A DNA stretch of 63,399 bases, the filler included, from Octopus bimaculoides (Eukaryota): NCBI RefSeq assembly GCF_001194135.2. It is 5 parts of 5 records of this genome, joined end to end, with 100 filler letters (N's around TTAATTAATTAA, not from the genome) between each part and the next. Parts side by side here need not be neighbours in the genome. Positions count along the whole stretch, not along the records: positions 1 to 14,968 come from NC_068985.1; 4 more parts are not named here. One strand, written 5' to 3'. Each line of letters begins with the position of its first letter. Position 1 is the stretch's first letter. The notes below the pieces were generated by a model that made no database searches, had not been told where the DNA came from, and was given only the letters and a program-made list of their open reading frames with translations. A program made the translations under genes and the position numbers. This document shows positions 1-11,370 of the stretch, piece by piece.

Positions 1-139
1 CGTTAGGAAGGGCATCTAGCTGTAGAAACTCTGCCAAATTAGATTGGAGCCTGGTGTTGCCATCCGGCTTCACCAGTCCTCAGTCAAATCGTCCAACCCA
101 TGCTAGCATGGAAAGCGGACGTTAAACGATGATGATGAT
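1..139 (+). mobile_element. SINE/LINE 3'-end family A (RTE-type 3' tail ending ...ccatgctagcatggaaagcggacgttaaac(gat)n)
   Basis: The same sequence recurs more than 12 times in the window, with a (GAT)n tail. Confidence 0.85.
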
Positions 140-770
140 GTGCATACCTACGTCTACCTGTATATATAGGTGCATATCTGGGTACAGGACATTGCAAACA
201 AAACGTAGACAAGAAAATAATAATAACCAGAGTACAGAAAACACACAGGCCACATAGAGAACATTTTCCTTCATCAGCTACCCCCATTATAACACTGGCG
301 TTTCGGTGTATATACAAAGGTGTGATTGCATATACAATTCTTTACATTATACATGAACTTTAAATCACCATCACAGTTTTAATGCTGATTTTCTATGCTG
401 GCATGGGTCATTATGCAGTTTGAGGCAAATTTTCTACAGCTGGATGCCCATCCTCTCACCAACCTTTACCTGTAAAATATTTCTTCATAGCCAGGTATAT
501 AGGCATATTATCACAGAATATTGGAAATGAATGACTTTCATTTGCAACTATCATGTAATATCAGAAGGAGACAAACATCCCACAAGGCTTTCATTGACTC
601 AGGGTGCCATGAAGTAGGACTGAACTTGAAACCATATGGTTGGGAAGCAAACTTCTTAACCACACAACCATGCCTGTACCTATATTTAAATAGGACAATA
701 ATGAACAAAAAGTAAAAGCAGGCAAACTAAGATGGTAAAAAGATAAAAAAACAAAGCATTTGAAACTTAC

Positions 771-989
771 AATAGGTCCACCCAAGATGAAATTCCCAGC
801 TGAGTTAAGATGTATGACAGTTTTCTCATCCATGTATTTACTAGGGACAACGGCATTTATGACTTTTTCTTTCAATTCTCGCCTTAGTTGTTCGAGAGAA
901 ACATTCTGGTCATGTTGGACAGACATCACAATGCTGTGAACATACAGGGGTATGGTCATTCCATTTTCGGATTTATACCGAATAGTCAC
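771..989 (-). CDS. MAT: SAM synthase coding exon 5 (VTIRYKSENG...HLNSAGNFILGGPI); the remaining exons (GDAGLTGRK onward) are outside the window
   Basis: Acceptor ttttgtttcag|, donor ATT|GTAAGT. 219 nt = 73 codons, with SVQH, LKEKVI and GGP motifs. No further MAT exon found in 1-770. Confidence 0.95.
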
Positions 990-2321
990 CTGAAACAAAA
1001 ATGCTTATCTTAAGGAGAAAAACAGGAAATTTGAAAAGGTAAGGAAAAGTGAAAACACTACTATTAGGTACCCACATAGAAGGGAGACAAACAGTTTGAC
1101 CATGATTTTTGTACAGTTTGACCATGATTTTTGTATCAAGTTTTTTCCATAGTCAATTTGAAAGTTCTAAATGTGAACTTTCTTCTCATACTTTTGATCA
1201 AAATCCAACGCTTACATATCATGCCTGGTTCCCTCAGTCATGTTAGTATTTCTACGCATTCACAAAGTTTGTTCCATCTAAAAAAAAAAAATTTTTGACT
1301 ACTGAACAGTAATGCATGTTCTAGTTGAATGCTCTATAGCTTGATTTGTGTCGAAGATCATAGTCATGAATTGTTTTTCTCGAGAATTCAATATGGCCAT
1401 TGAATCCTCAAGTGAAAGAATGAAAGGTAAAGTTGACCTTGGCAGCACTTGAACTCAGAATGTAAGACAGACAAAAGAACCACTAAACATTTTGTCCAAT
1501 GTGCTAACAATTCTGCCAGCTTACTGCCTTAATAATATTATTTCTAACACAGGTACAGGGCCTGGCATGTGGGGAAAGATAATAGCTTAATATTAACCCC
1601 CTGAAGGGGTGAAAGGCAAAGTTGACTTTGGCAGGATTTGAGCTTAGAACAAAGTGCCGGAAGAAATACTGCAAAACATTTTGTCCAGCCCACTAACAAT
1701 GTGGCCAATACAATAATTGTTTCTAATTTAGGAACAAAGGCAACAACTTTTGAGGGGAGAGGAGCAATCAATCACACCCCAGCATGTAATTAATATTTTA
1801 TTTCATTGATCTGGAAAGGAGGAAAAATAAAGAAAAGACTTTTTTCAGTTGCTAAAATGATTCTGCCAGTCCACTGCTGTTGGCGATTTCTTTTACTTGC
1901 CATCAGGGCAAAAAGATGAAGGGGATAATACCAAGACAAAGTGTGGGTGTTTACTTATAAACAAAACGATAAAAAGAAAAAAAGTATACAATAAACAAAG
2001 GAGGGAAGTATATATAGTATACAGTAGGCCTGAAATTTTGTGGGAAGGGGTTAATTGATTACATTAACCCCAAAAAGATAAAAGACAAAGCTGACCTTGG
2101 CAGAATTCGAATTCAGAATGTGCTCAACTAGTACTTATTTTATCAACCCTAAGAAGATTAAGGGCATAGACAACCTCAGTGGAATTTGAACTTAGTATGC
2201 AAAGAGCCAAATGAAATGCTGTAAAGCATTTTGTTTGGAATGCTAAAGATTCTGCCAGATCATCATATTAGTAAGTCTGAAGTTATATTCTGAAACAAGA
2301 GACAACTAGGAAATTATTTAC

Positions 2322-2465
2322 TTGTGATTTGCTATCAGGTCTAGCCCACCAAAGATCTCCGCTTCTCCTCAATACAGCAACTTTAGCATTGAGCTGATGA
2401 GCAAGAACTACAGTTAGTGGCATACACTCTTCAGTTTCATTTGTAGCATAACCAAACATGAGACC
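2322..2465 (-). CDS. MAT: SAM synthase coding exon 4 ([48 protein letters not shown])
   Basis: Acceptor ttcttcttcag|, donor CAA|GTAAAT. 144 nt = 48 codons, with the GLMFGYAT and RPDSK motifs. Confidence 0.97.
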
Positions 2466-2739
2466 CTGAAGAAGAAAACAAAAGAAAAGTAACAGGATTT
2501 GCAAAAAAAACTCATGGAAAAAAAAAGTGTTTATTTATAAAATAGGAGAAATGTTTCCATGCAAATAAGAAAAATAAAAAATTAAAAAATTGGAAACAGA
2601 TTTGATCATTGCAAAGTATTGATATAATCACTACCAAACAATCACACTATCTATTTGTATGAAGTTGTTTCTACATAAATCAAAACCTTTAAAAAACAAA
2701 GAATACTGATAGAACATCCCAATAAAAACATCAATTTGG

Positions 2740-3166
2740 TGCAAACATAACACACTTGATATTGTTCTGTGGGACAGAGAACAAAGGTCATGCATTGTTG
2801 TAGAGGTAGGCTGCCTAGCAGATGTGAATGTACAATCAAAAGTACAGAAAAAAAAGAGAATAGTTATGGGAAATTAATGCAAACCTTACAGTTTTTGTAC
2901 TTCGACTGAATTCTCATTTGTACCTACCATCATATGTTCATTAGGTTATGTACCAACAAGTTTGAACAAAAATCTAGAAATACTCAGTTTCATGGAGAGC
3001 GAGCATGCGAATGTATGCACACATTTGGGTGTATGCTTTGACAGAGTTCAACCAACACACCAACTCAACTACACATTTACAAACACTGGGAACTCCTAAC
3101 TCAGAAAGTCTTGTCACTTTGTTAGCAACTGGCTGGAACTCTGAAGGAGAACTTAAAGAAAAATCC
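2740..3166 (-). repeat. Unclassified interspersed repeat (probably LINE-derived), inverted homolog of 54030-54521
   Basis: Colinear similarity, e.g. aacaaagtgac...tttgtaaat...gttggtgtgttggttg, gaaactgagtatttctag and gtacaaatgagaattca. Both copies abut (TATG)n. Confidence 0.7.
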
Positions 3167-3270
3167 ATACATACATACACACACACACATATATGCATAC
3201 ATACATATAAATACAGTCTCATTGTGAGGTACGTCGGGCAAGTGTCTTCTACTATACCTCTGGACAGACC

Positions 3271-3997
3271 AAAGATTATGGACCCCTAACCCTTTGCATT
3301 TTTTTTGTTTTCTTTTTTTTACAGGAACACACTATATTGAGGGTGGAGATTACGAATCTGCAAAAAAATCTGCATTTCAAAATTTATATCCTGCCGCCAA
3401 ATTTGTTGAATTTTCATTTTAAAAAAATTCAGAAACAAAAAATAAAATAAACAACCCTCGTCCCCTCTGCCCTATGACAAATAAAATTAAAGTATTTTCT
3501 CTACTAATGTTTCATGACGAACATGTGGTTGAGGGTCTTTTGGAATTAAGAGAGGTATGTAAAAAATAGATTTTTTGCACACACACACACACACACAACA
3601 AAATTACATTTAAAGAATTTTTTGGTAATTTGTATTTAGAAAGTTGATCTTCAGTTTGGCTGTTGTTTCTAGCTTCTCAGATTTCTGGTTGGGGCAGGTT
3701 TAAATTTTGAAATTATTTCTTTGGTAACTCGTATTAAAATTTTGAAAACGTGTTTCTAGCATGTCAGGTTTTCTGTTTAGATACTCTTTGCATCTGCTAG
3801 TTTATAATTCTATACATGCATGAAACATCAATAGAGAAAATGCTTTAATTTCACTTCTTGTCATAGGGCAGAGGGTGTTTATTATTTTAAAATGCAAATT
3901 CGGAATCTCTACCCTCGATATTGTGTGTTCATGTAAAAATATAACCCCCCCCAAAAAAAAAAATCGCAAAAGGGGTGCAGTCCATGATCTTTACCTC
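3271..3997. mobile_element. Non-autonomous DNA transposon with long imperfect inverted ends, nested in a family C SINE within MAT intron 3
   Basis: Left end aaagattatggac and right end gtccatgatcttt are inverted. Subterminal blocks (acaggaacacactatattgagggtggagattacgaat; ctctgccctatgacaa) recur inverted at 3850-3935. The host SINE resumes at ccaaagccttgt (4001). Confidence 0.65.
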
Positions 3998-5200
3998 CGC
4001 CCAAAGCCTTGTGGGTGGATTTGGTAAGTGGAAACTGAAAAAAGCCTTTCATGTGTCTTTTGTGTTTGTTCTGTAACGTCACTTGACAACCATAGTTGGT
4101 TTGCTTATATTCACATAATTTAGCAGTTCAGCAAAAGAGACTGATGGAGAAAGTATGAGGCTTTAAAAAATAAGTACACAAAATTTTGGCTCATAATGAT
4201 CTAAAACATACAAAACTCTCTGGTTATTTGCACATAATTACTATTAACACCTGTTTGGATCTCAAAATTATCTCACTAATATAATATAGAAAGAAAAAAA
4301 ATATATCTCACTAATAGATATTACATACATCAAGGAACATTATACTAAAAGCATTTTTATATTTTTAGTAAGAATTTTGTTGATGGGAAATCTTTTTAAG
4401 CACAAAGCCCGAAATTTTGGGGGAGGGGACCAATCGATTAGATCAACCCCAGTATGCAACTGGTACTTAATTTATCAACCCTGGAAGGATGAAAGGCAAA
4501 GTCGACCTTGGCGGAATTTGAACTCAAAACATAAAGACAGATGAAATACGACGTTTCTGTCAGCTTGCCACTCTGATGGGAAATCTTTTAACCACAAACT
4601 TTAGAAGGGGAACAAAAATAGAAATCACATTTAGCAATAAGTTAAATAACCTTAGTTATTTTAACAGAAATGAACAAATTATGTTTCTATTGATTTGACA
4701 GGTTATTATGACAAAATTTATATATAGAGGTTAAAATCTGACAGCTGACCTGACTTACTAGAGAAACTACTGTATTTTGATAGCAATCAACGAAAGCAAA
4801 ATGTGCTAAATGTGAAGCTAAATAAATGCAAAAACCTTTGTGGAATTTAAACAACAGACACTTTTGTGAATCGACCACTGTATGGAATATACACCTACAT
4901 TCATCAAATTTTGAGATGTTTTGAACGAAAGCAAGTACAATTCATGCCACATATTTTAATCAGATTAATTGATTACATTGTGAACTCTCTATTATGTAAT
5001 AATATATTACATAAAGCTGAGTGGTGATTATTCAATTTGATCACATATTGTTATTTTTTAAAGATGAAGAAAGTAACTCAATATTTGAAGGAAGATAAAA
5101 ATACCCAACAAACAATGGTGTAATTTATTTGTTACTTCCGAACCAAGCGACACCATTTAACCTCTGAGCATTCTGATTATTCTGCCAAATGTGATGCTTA

Positions 5201-5402
5201 TTTACTCTTTTACTTGTTTCAGTCATTTGACTGTGGCCATGCTGGAGCACCACCTTTAGTCGAGCTAATCGACCCCAGGACTTATTCTTTGTAAGCCTAG
5301 TACTTATTCTATTGGTCTCTTTTTTGCCGAACCGCTAAGTTACGGGGGCGTAAACACACCAGCATCGGTTATCAAGCGATGGTGGAGGTACAAACACAGA
5401 CA
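5201..5402 (-). mobile_element. SINE family C 3' half in MAT intron 3
   Basis: Reverse complement of the family C tail, CpG-rich and near consensus. Confidence 0.85.
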
Positions 5403-5582
5403 CACTCCATAGAGTGCAATTCGCTTGTGCAGACAAACACAAAAACAAATCCCATAAATATGAGAGAACATTAGAACCCAATGATGTAAACTTGCAACCG
5501 CAACAAAAAATATTAATTCAATGACAACCATTTAAAATAATGGGTTTCAGAAATTCAACAAGGGTGAATTGATTTATCTCAC

Positions 5583-5695
5583 CTGGTCTCCGGCACCAAT
5601 ATCTTCCTCACTTCTATTAATATGTACTCCTTGAGCAATTTCAGGATTTTGAGCCTCAACAGCCAATAAAACATTACAAGTTTTATAATCAAACC
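5583..5695 (-). CDS. MAT: SAM synthase coding exon 3 ([38 protein letters not shown])
   Basis: Acceptor tttattgcag|, donor CAG|GTGAGA. 113 nt, ends in phase 0. Contains the GAGDQ signature. Confidence 0.97.
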
Positions 5696-5729
5696 CTGCA
5701 ATAAATTAAAAATATTAACAGTAAATCAC

Positions 5730-6012
5730 CATCAACATCGTTTAACGTCCGCTTTCCATGCTGGCATGGGTTGGACGGTTTGACTGAGGACTGACGAGCC
5801 AGATGGCTGCATTAGGCTCCAATCTGATCTGGCAGAATTCCTACAGCTGGATGCCCTTCCTAATGCCAACCACTCCGAGAGTGTAGTGGGTGCTTTTACA
5901 TGCCACCGGCATGAGGGCCAGTCATGCGGTACTGGTGACGGCCATGCTCAAAAGGTGCTTTTTATGTGCCACCTGCACAGGGGCCAGTTCAGTGGCACTG
6001 GCAACGACCTCG
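5730..6012 (-). mobile_element. Family A copy in MAT intron 2
   Basis: Reverse complement of the family A tail, (cat)n-cgtttaacgtccgctttccatg... Confidence 0.85.
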
Positions 6013-6141
6013 AAGACAACAAATTTCCAGTAATTTAATTTTTAATAATTAAAAGAAATCAGAAGCTCTGTTCTAAGCAAAAAAGTACAAAGCACATCTG
6101 AGAAGCAATTATATTGTGTATTCAAATTTTCAAGAACTAAC

Positions 6142-6342
6142 CTTTAGAAGAGTCATCATAGCCAATACGTTTGATAGTGTCACGTATAACCTTTTGGTAA
6201 TCAACTTTGGCATTGGATGTAATTTCACCACATACAAGAATCATTCCAGTTTTGGCTACACATTCACATGCAACCTTGGCATTTGGATCTTGCTCAAGAT
6301 GAGCATCAAGGACTGCATCACTGATCTGATCACAGAGTTTGT
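6142..6342 (-). CDS. MAT: SAM synthase coding exon 2 ([68 protein letters not shown])
   Basis: Acceptor ctctttcag|, donor AAG|GTTAGT. 201 nt, phase 1 to phase 1. Completes the GHPDK motif and contains GEITS. Confidence 0.97.
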
Positions 6343-8166
6343 CTGAAAGAGAAAAAGTATAAATATTGAAATTTTACCTGCAAGAAATTCAATTACTGTG
6401 TTAACCTAGAACAGTTTTAACCTAGAACAACTTCTTTCTTTCATACACAATAAAGATATTCACTTACTCCACACCCTATAGTGAGTCATTTTATTGCTCT
6501 AGTGAATAACACATGAAACTTGCAATTCTATACTGTTGGTGCAAAGGCTAAATTGTTAACTGACCTGTTGTTTGCCTCAACTATTTTCCCTTTGTACCTC
6601 TAACCAACTCTTAACTAGTTCCTCACCTCCATATCTTCATCCTACGTAAACAAGGCAACCCATCAGTGAACAACATCTTCCAAAATCTATAGTACTTTGT
6701 ATCAAACTGGTCACATCTCTACCAGTTCAATACTGACAAACCTTGGCAGGTGTTCTTCACTTTTGATCCTATCCAAAACAATTAAGCATGCAATTAATAC
6801 CATACTCCTAGTTATATCTCTCTAGAAATAAATTCCAAGAGGGTCTGTAACAACTATTATAAAGTATGGCCATTCAATAACCTTTTTATCAAACTATGTA
6901 GGAATATTTTTTTATTATTTTGTTTCTTAATTTATAAAATGAACCATTCTGGAAAATGAGTATGTTGCGCTGAGAGCGCCATGGGAGATCACTCAGTATC
7001 ACTTTCTTTCGGATGAGGGATGAGCTAAAAGGATGCTAACACCTAACTTCGCATATAAACAAAAAAAAAAAAAAGAAAAGAAAAAAAGAGAAGAGAAAGA
7101 ATGCCCAAGGAATCCAGAGAATATTGATACGTTGCATAGGACGGAAAGGTTGATTAAAAAAATATTTATTTTACAATTAGCAAGCACGATTGACGTTTCA
7201 TTTTCTGGGCCTTATGAAACAGAAAACGCATCGTAAAATCTTCACCTAGCAAACAATGACAGACAGGTACTAAAGTTATATAAGACTGGTGAAATATGAA
7301 ACGTAGAACCTCTAACCAAACTTGGAAGGTGTAGGCAAATGAATATATAGCAAAGGTGGAGGCAAATGAATATATAGCAATCAAACCATTACATAACTAA
7401 TAACAAATGAAAATCGCAAAAATGTCCGGTCGCGTCATATGGAAGTGGTGGTACACAATTCTCCGTAACTACAAGTTATTAACAGCAAAGTCTACATCGA
7501 AAAAAAAAAAAAAGGACCAGATGAGCTAACCGTGAGCAGGGTTTTAAATTCACATCAAAGTTATTTACAAATCAACAGCAATCACATTGTCGAAAAATCG
7601 AGGTCTTGAGGTCCACAATATTAGAGATATTTTGCTCAGTGATACCAAGGTTGCAGAATACTATAGTAAAGCATTTTCATAGCTTTCTATAGCTATCCCT
7701 ATGGAGTAAAGAAATTTAGAGTTAAAATAAAATATACTTAATTTGTTTTTTTTTAAAGAAATTGGAGTGCGGGAATAAAACATGAGAAATCAGAGACAAT
7801 ACGAATGCAGGCAAGCCAAACAAGACTGGCGATTTTTTAATAATAACAAATATTTTGTGGTAGAGGGGAATAAGGATGATTTTGTATAAGATCACTATTT
7901 TTCTACAAAAGATCGTCAAGGGTAAGAACGGTGAAGCATCAAAATTGATGCTTAAAATATTTAACCAGGTTTTTAACATCAAGGTAAAAACATGAAGGAA
8001 TACGGTCAAGTATATTATTGTGACTTAATATATTGTCCCCAGAAGAAAAAAAAAAAGTAAAATCGACTGAGCAGGATTAGAACACAATTAAGATACCATA
8101 AGGCATTCAGTTCAGTTCTCTATCCTCCAATACTAAAAACAATTCATTATTACTTAGACACAAAGC

Positions 8167-8266
8167 TGTCAGAAAGATTGTCTAGTTTCATTTACCCGTG
8201 GATTGGATCAGAAGTATGAAAGTAGAAACAATATCTATAATTTGGTGCGTTACATCATCACTGACA
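8167..8266 (-). ncRNA. Candidate intronic box C/D snoRNA in MAT intron 1
   Basis: Box C GTGATGA (8261-8255), D' CTGA (8211-8208), degenerate C' AATGAAA (~8192-8186), box D CTGA (8172-8169), and complementary ends TGTCAG/CTGACA. No rRNA target recognised. Confidence 0.3.
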
Positions 8267-9449
8267 TCAATTAGAGAAAGTTCATTAAAAAAATGTGAGT
8301 CACAAAGGATATTTTGATCTAAAATTTAAAAACTTCCATCATAATAAATGATTATTTATCAATTTATTGTTACCATTCCGATAATGTTCCACTGTCCGAA
8401 TATTTCTATACATTACAAGATGCACGAAAGTTCTCACATCTTGGATGTCTCAAACGAATGTTATCCCCTTTTAGCAAATTACGTTTTGGATCATTGCAAC
8501 ACCAATTCTTTATTCAGTAAAAAAAATCATACCTTATTGGGGTATGATTTTTTAAAAATAAATAAAACTACATCTACAGAAAGATTTTTTTTCATGGAAA
8601 TGAAGAGGACTTAAAACTAAAATTATTTAAGCTAGCTGAATTTAGAAGTTAAGTCCATAAAATAGTTAAGGAACTAATAATGAATAATGCTTAAGCTACA
8701 GCAGCCGAAACAAAGCCATCATAGGAAAGTAACAGCTAAAATATGTAGAATACACAAAGAGATATGTTACGAAATAGAATCTTCCATGAAAGTAGGTATC
8801 GATAAATATATTAGCAGACAGAAGGAAACATAAACAAAGGAAATAGTTCAGCTGTTATATCCACGTGTTCGATATTACGCTGATAGGAGTTTGTGCGTTC
8901 AAATAACAACAATTTGTTATGTAAACAATGACAACACTTGCCGATCACTGAATGCAATTAACATTTTAGCAGTTTGACGACAGAGTCGTTCTCCATGTGC
9001 GAGAAAGAATCATGAAGCGGGAATACTATATAAAGGGATTAAAGAGATCAACATTAAATACCTCGAAACAAGCAAAGTTACGAGATATTGACAGTCTGAC
9101 AACAAAGGAAAAGTATTTTTTAAAAAAAAATTCTGATTAATTAAATCGCATCGAAAATAAACTAGCAACAAACAGTCACGTGGAAAGAAATCGGGGGAAA
9201 AAACCGGCTTCCAGAAAGCAAGAATGGTTTTCCTTCATAATAAGCTATATCAAACAACTGAAATAGAATCATAGCAAAACAAATGTGCACAAATTAGATA
9301 ATCAGAAGACAGAGATGCACTACAGAATAAGTATGAATCCCTAGTTGAATCAGAATGACAATCAAGCTATAAAACATAACTGATGTTGTTTCATACACAG
9401 TAGCTTATGTATGAAAAAGAATAACACTTTAAAAAAAGTAGTATTTTAC

Positions 9450-9561
9450 CTGGATGGCCTTCTCCAACTGATTCCGATGTGAACAAGAATGTGTTGTTTT
9501 CATAATCAGCTATATTCTTGTCCAAATCTTCATAATGGTTACCGTTGGTATTTGCTGCCAT
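9450..9561 (-). CDS. MAT: S-adenosylmethionine synthase, coding exon 1 (MAANTNG...FLFTSESVGEGHP-D)
   Basis: ATG at 9561 in context CAAAATG. 112 nt encode the FLFTSESVGEGHP signature. Donor CAG|GTAAAA, phase 1. Confidence 0.96.
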
Positions 9562-9593
9562 TTTGATATAAGCGTCCTTCCCTAGGAGTTAGT

Positions 9594-9682
9594 GGAAAAG
9601 AGGCCGATTTATCGCTCACAGGGCCTTATATATATATATGGTGGACCATGTGATTTCAAAACAACCTATGATTGGCTGACGT
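9594..9682 (-). promoter_or_regulatory. MAT: MAT core promoter: CRE-like TGACGT (9677-9682), CCAAT (9671-9675), TATA (TATATAAG 9632-9625), TCT/polypyrimidine initiator CCTCTTTTCC (9603-9594)
   Basis: Motifs occur in the correct order and spacing on the coding strand. The TATA starts 30 bp upstream of the initiator C at 9602; the predicted 5'UTR is 41 nt. Confidence 0.65.
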
Positions 9683-10891
9683 TAGCAAGATGGTTTCTCT
9701 TAGAATACTCCGAAGATAGGTATGAAAGATAACAGATTACGTAAAATTAGAGAAACAATTTACTTGTTTATGTAATACAATACTCAAATACAAAAGTTTA
9801 AATACTAATAACATCTTGTTTAGTAACGATTTTAGGCGTCGAATGATCTGTAGAAAATTCTAATGAAAAACATCTTAAATTGGTCACCCCTTTTAAGAAA
9901 ATTATCTAATATTCCTTGTTATGCTAGTGATAATCATTTCTAACTTTTGTCATTTTAACTATTTTGGAAATTAATAACTGGGTAAAGGTACTTGGACTAG
10001 ATGACATTACGAATGAATAAAAGAGGGGAAAAAAATAATTTCATTAAAGATCTGAATGTAAAATTTAGTTTGTATTGAAATCAAAAATTATTTTAGTCAC
10101 TGTTTCAAGTATTTTTACTTGAGGTTTCATACTTAATAAATAATTTTTTTAAAATCTGAAATTTGCTAGGACTTAAAGTTTTTCTACTCTCTATATATTT
10201 AAATGTGACTGTTTAAACTTTTTTTTCATAAATTAAAAAAAAAATTTTTTAAATAAATAAAAACGCCAAAAATGTGTTATTTTTTATATAATTTTTTTAC
10301 CAGGAAGGTAATGATTTTATTTAAAGCATCAATTTCCATAAAAGTGAGCTAGTCAACCGAATTGACCGAATATATTTATAGTATTTAACTCATCTGTTTC
10401 AACAAGGCAAAATCATAAAATATAATGCTCATTAGATTCAACTATACCTTAAAATATTTAATGGTTTTGCTTTATAATATTTGATTCCATTCCTCTTAGG
10501 GGGCCTCCTCATGGTCTTTTTATTGGCTAGAAATAACAATTAAACCCTTCCCAAATCCTGCCTAACAGTCTTACATTATTTAGTAATGTGTTTGAATAAT
10601 TGATAAAATGGTCACAGCTGGGATGACTTTGTTTATAACCAGTAACGCATGGCTATGCTATGCTAGAACAAAAAGTGAAAAATAAAAAAAAACCCAAAAC
10701 TCCAAGGTATTCAGAAATGGTAAGATTTATAGTTTAAAAGTTTCAAGAGAAAGAAATGATAATCTAACATTATCACATCTTAATTAACTAAGCTTGATCT
10801 AGAAACTAATTTTAATTAAGCTACTGTAAGCACAAATATGTACTTTCAGTCATATGAGTAAGTTTCCTACTCTTCACTCTGTCAAAGTTGG

Positions 10892-10892
<1 letters not shown>

Positions 10893-10926
<34 letters not shown>

Positions 10927-11370
10927 CCGTCGTTAAATGTCCGCTTTCCATGCTAGCATGGGTTGGACGATTTGACTGAGGACTGACGAACCAGATGGCT
11001 GCAAATCTTAAAAAGTTACTAAGTAAAGAGTTTATTAATGAATAATTTCATAATAAATTCTAATGGAATTGAGTTTGTAAATGTTAATACTATGATTCCC
11101 AATGGTTATGCTATATTGAATAATGTTATAATGATAGTTTATTAATCATCATCAACATTATTTAATATTTGTTTTCCCTGCTGGCATGGGTTAGACTGTT
11201 TGACAGGGTCTGGCAAGCCAAATGGCCATGTTGAACTCCAATATTTGCTTTGGCATGGTTTCTACAGCTGGATGCCCTTCCTAATGCCAACCACTTCAGA
11301 GCATGGAAAGGTGCTTCTTTTCGTGCCACTGGCACTAGTGAGGTTGCTGAGTGACTTGTAAGACAAGGAA
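10893..11370 (-). mobile_element. Two family A fragments upstream of the MAT promoter
   Basis: (cat)n plus family A motifs at ~10893-11003 and ~11147-11370. Confidence 0.75.

Noticed and set aside
1091-1134. 22-bp exact tandem duplication (also a 27-bp one at 7326-7379)
   Set aside because: Ordinary slippage duplications in introns with no sign of function.
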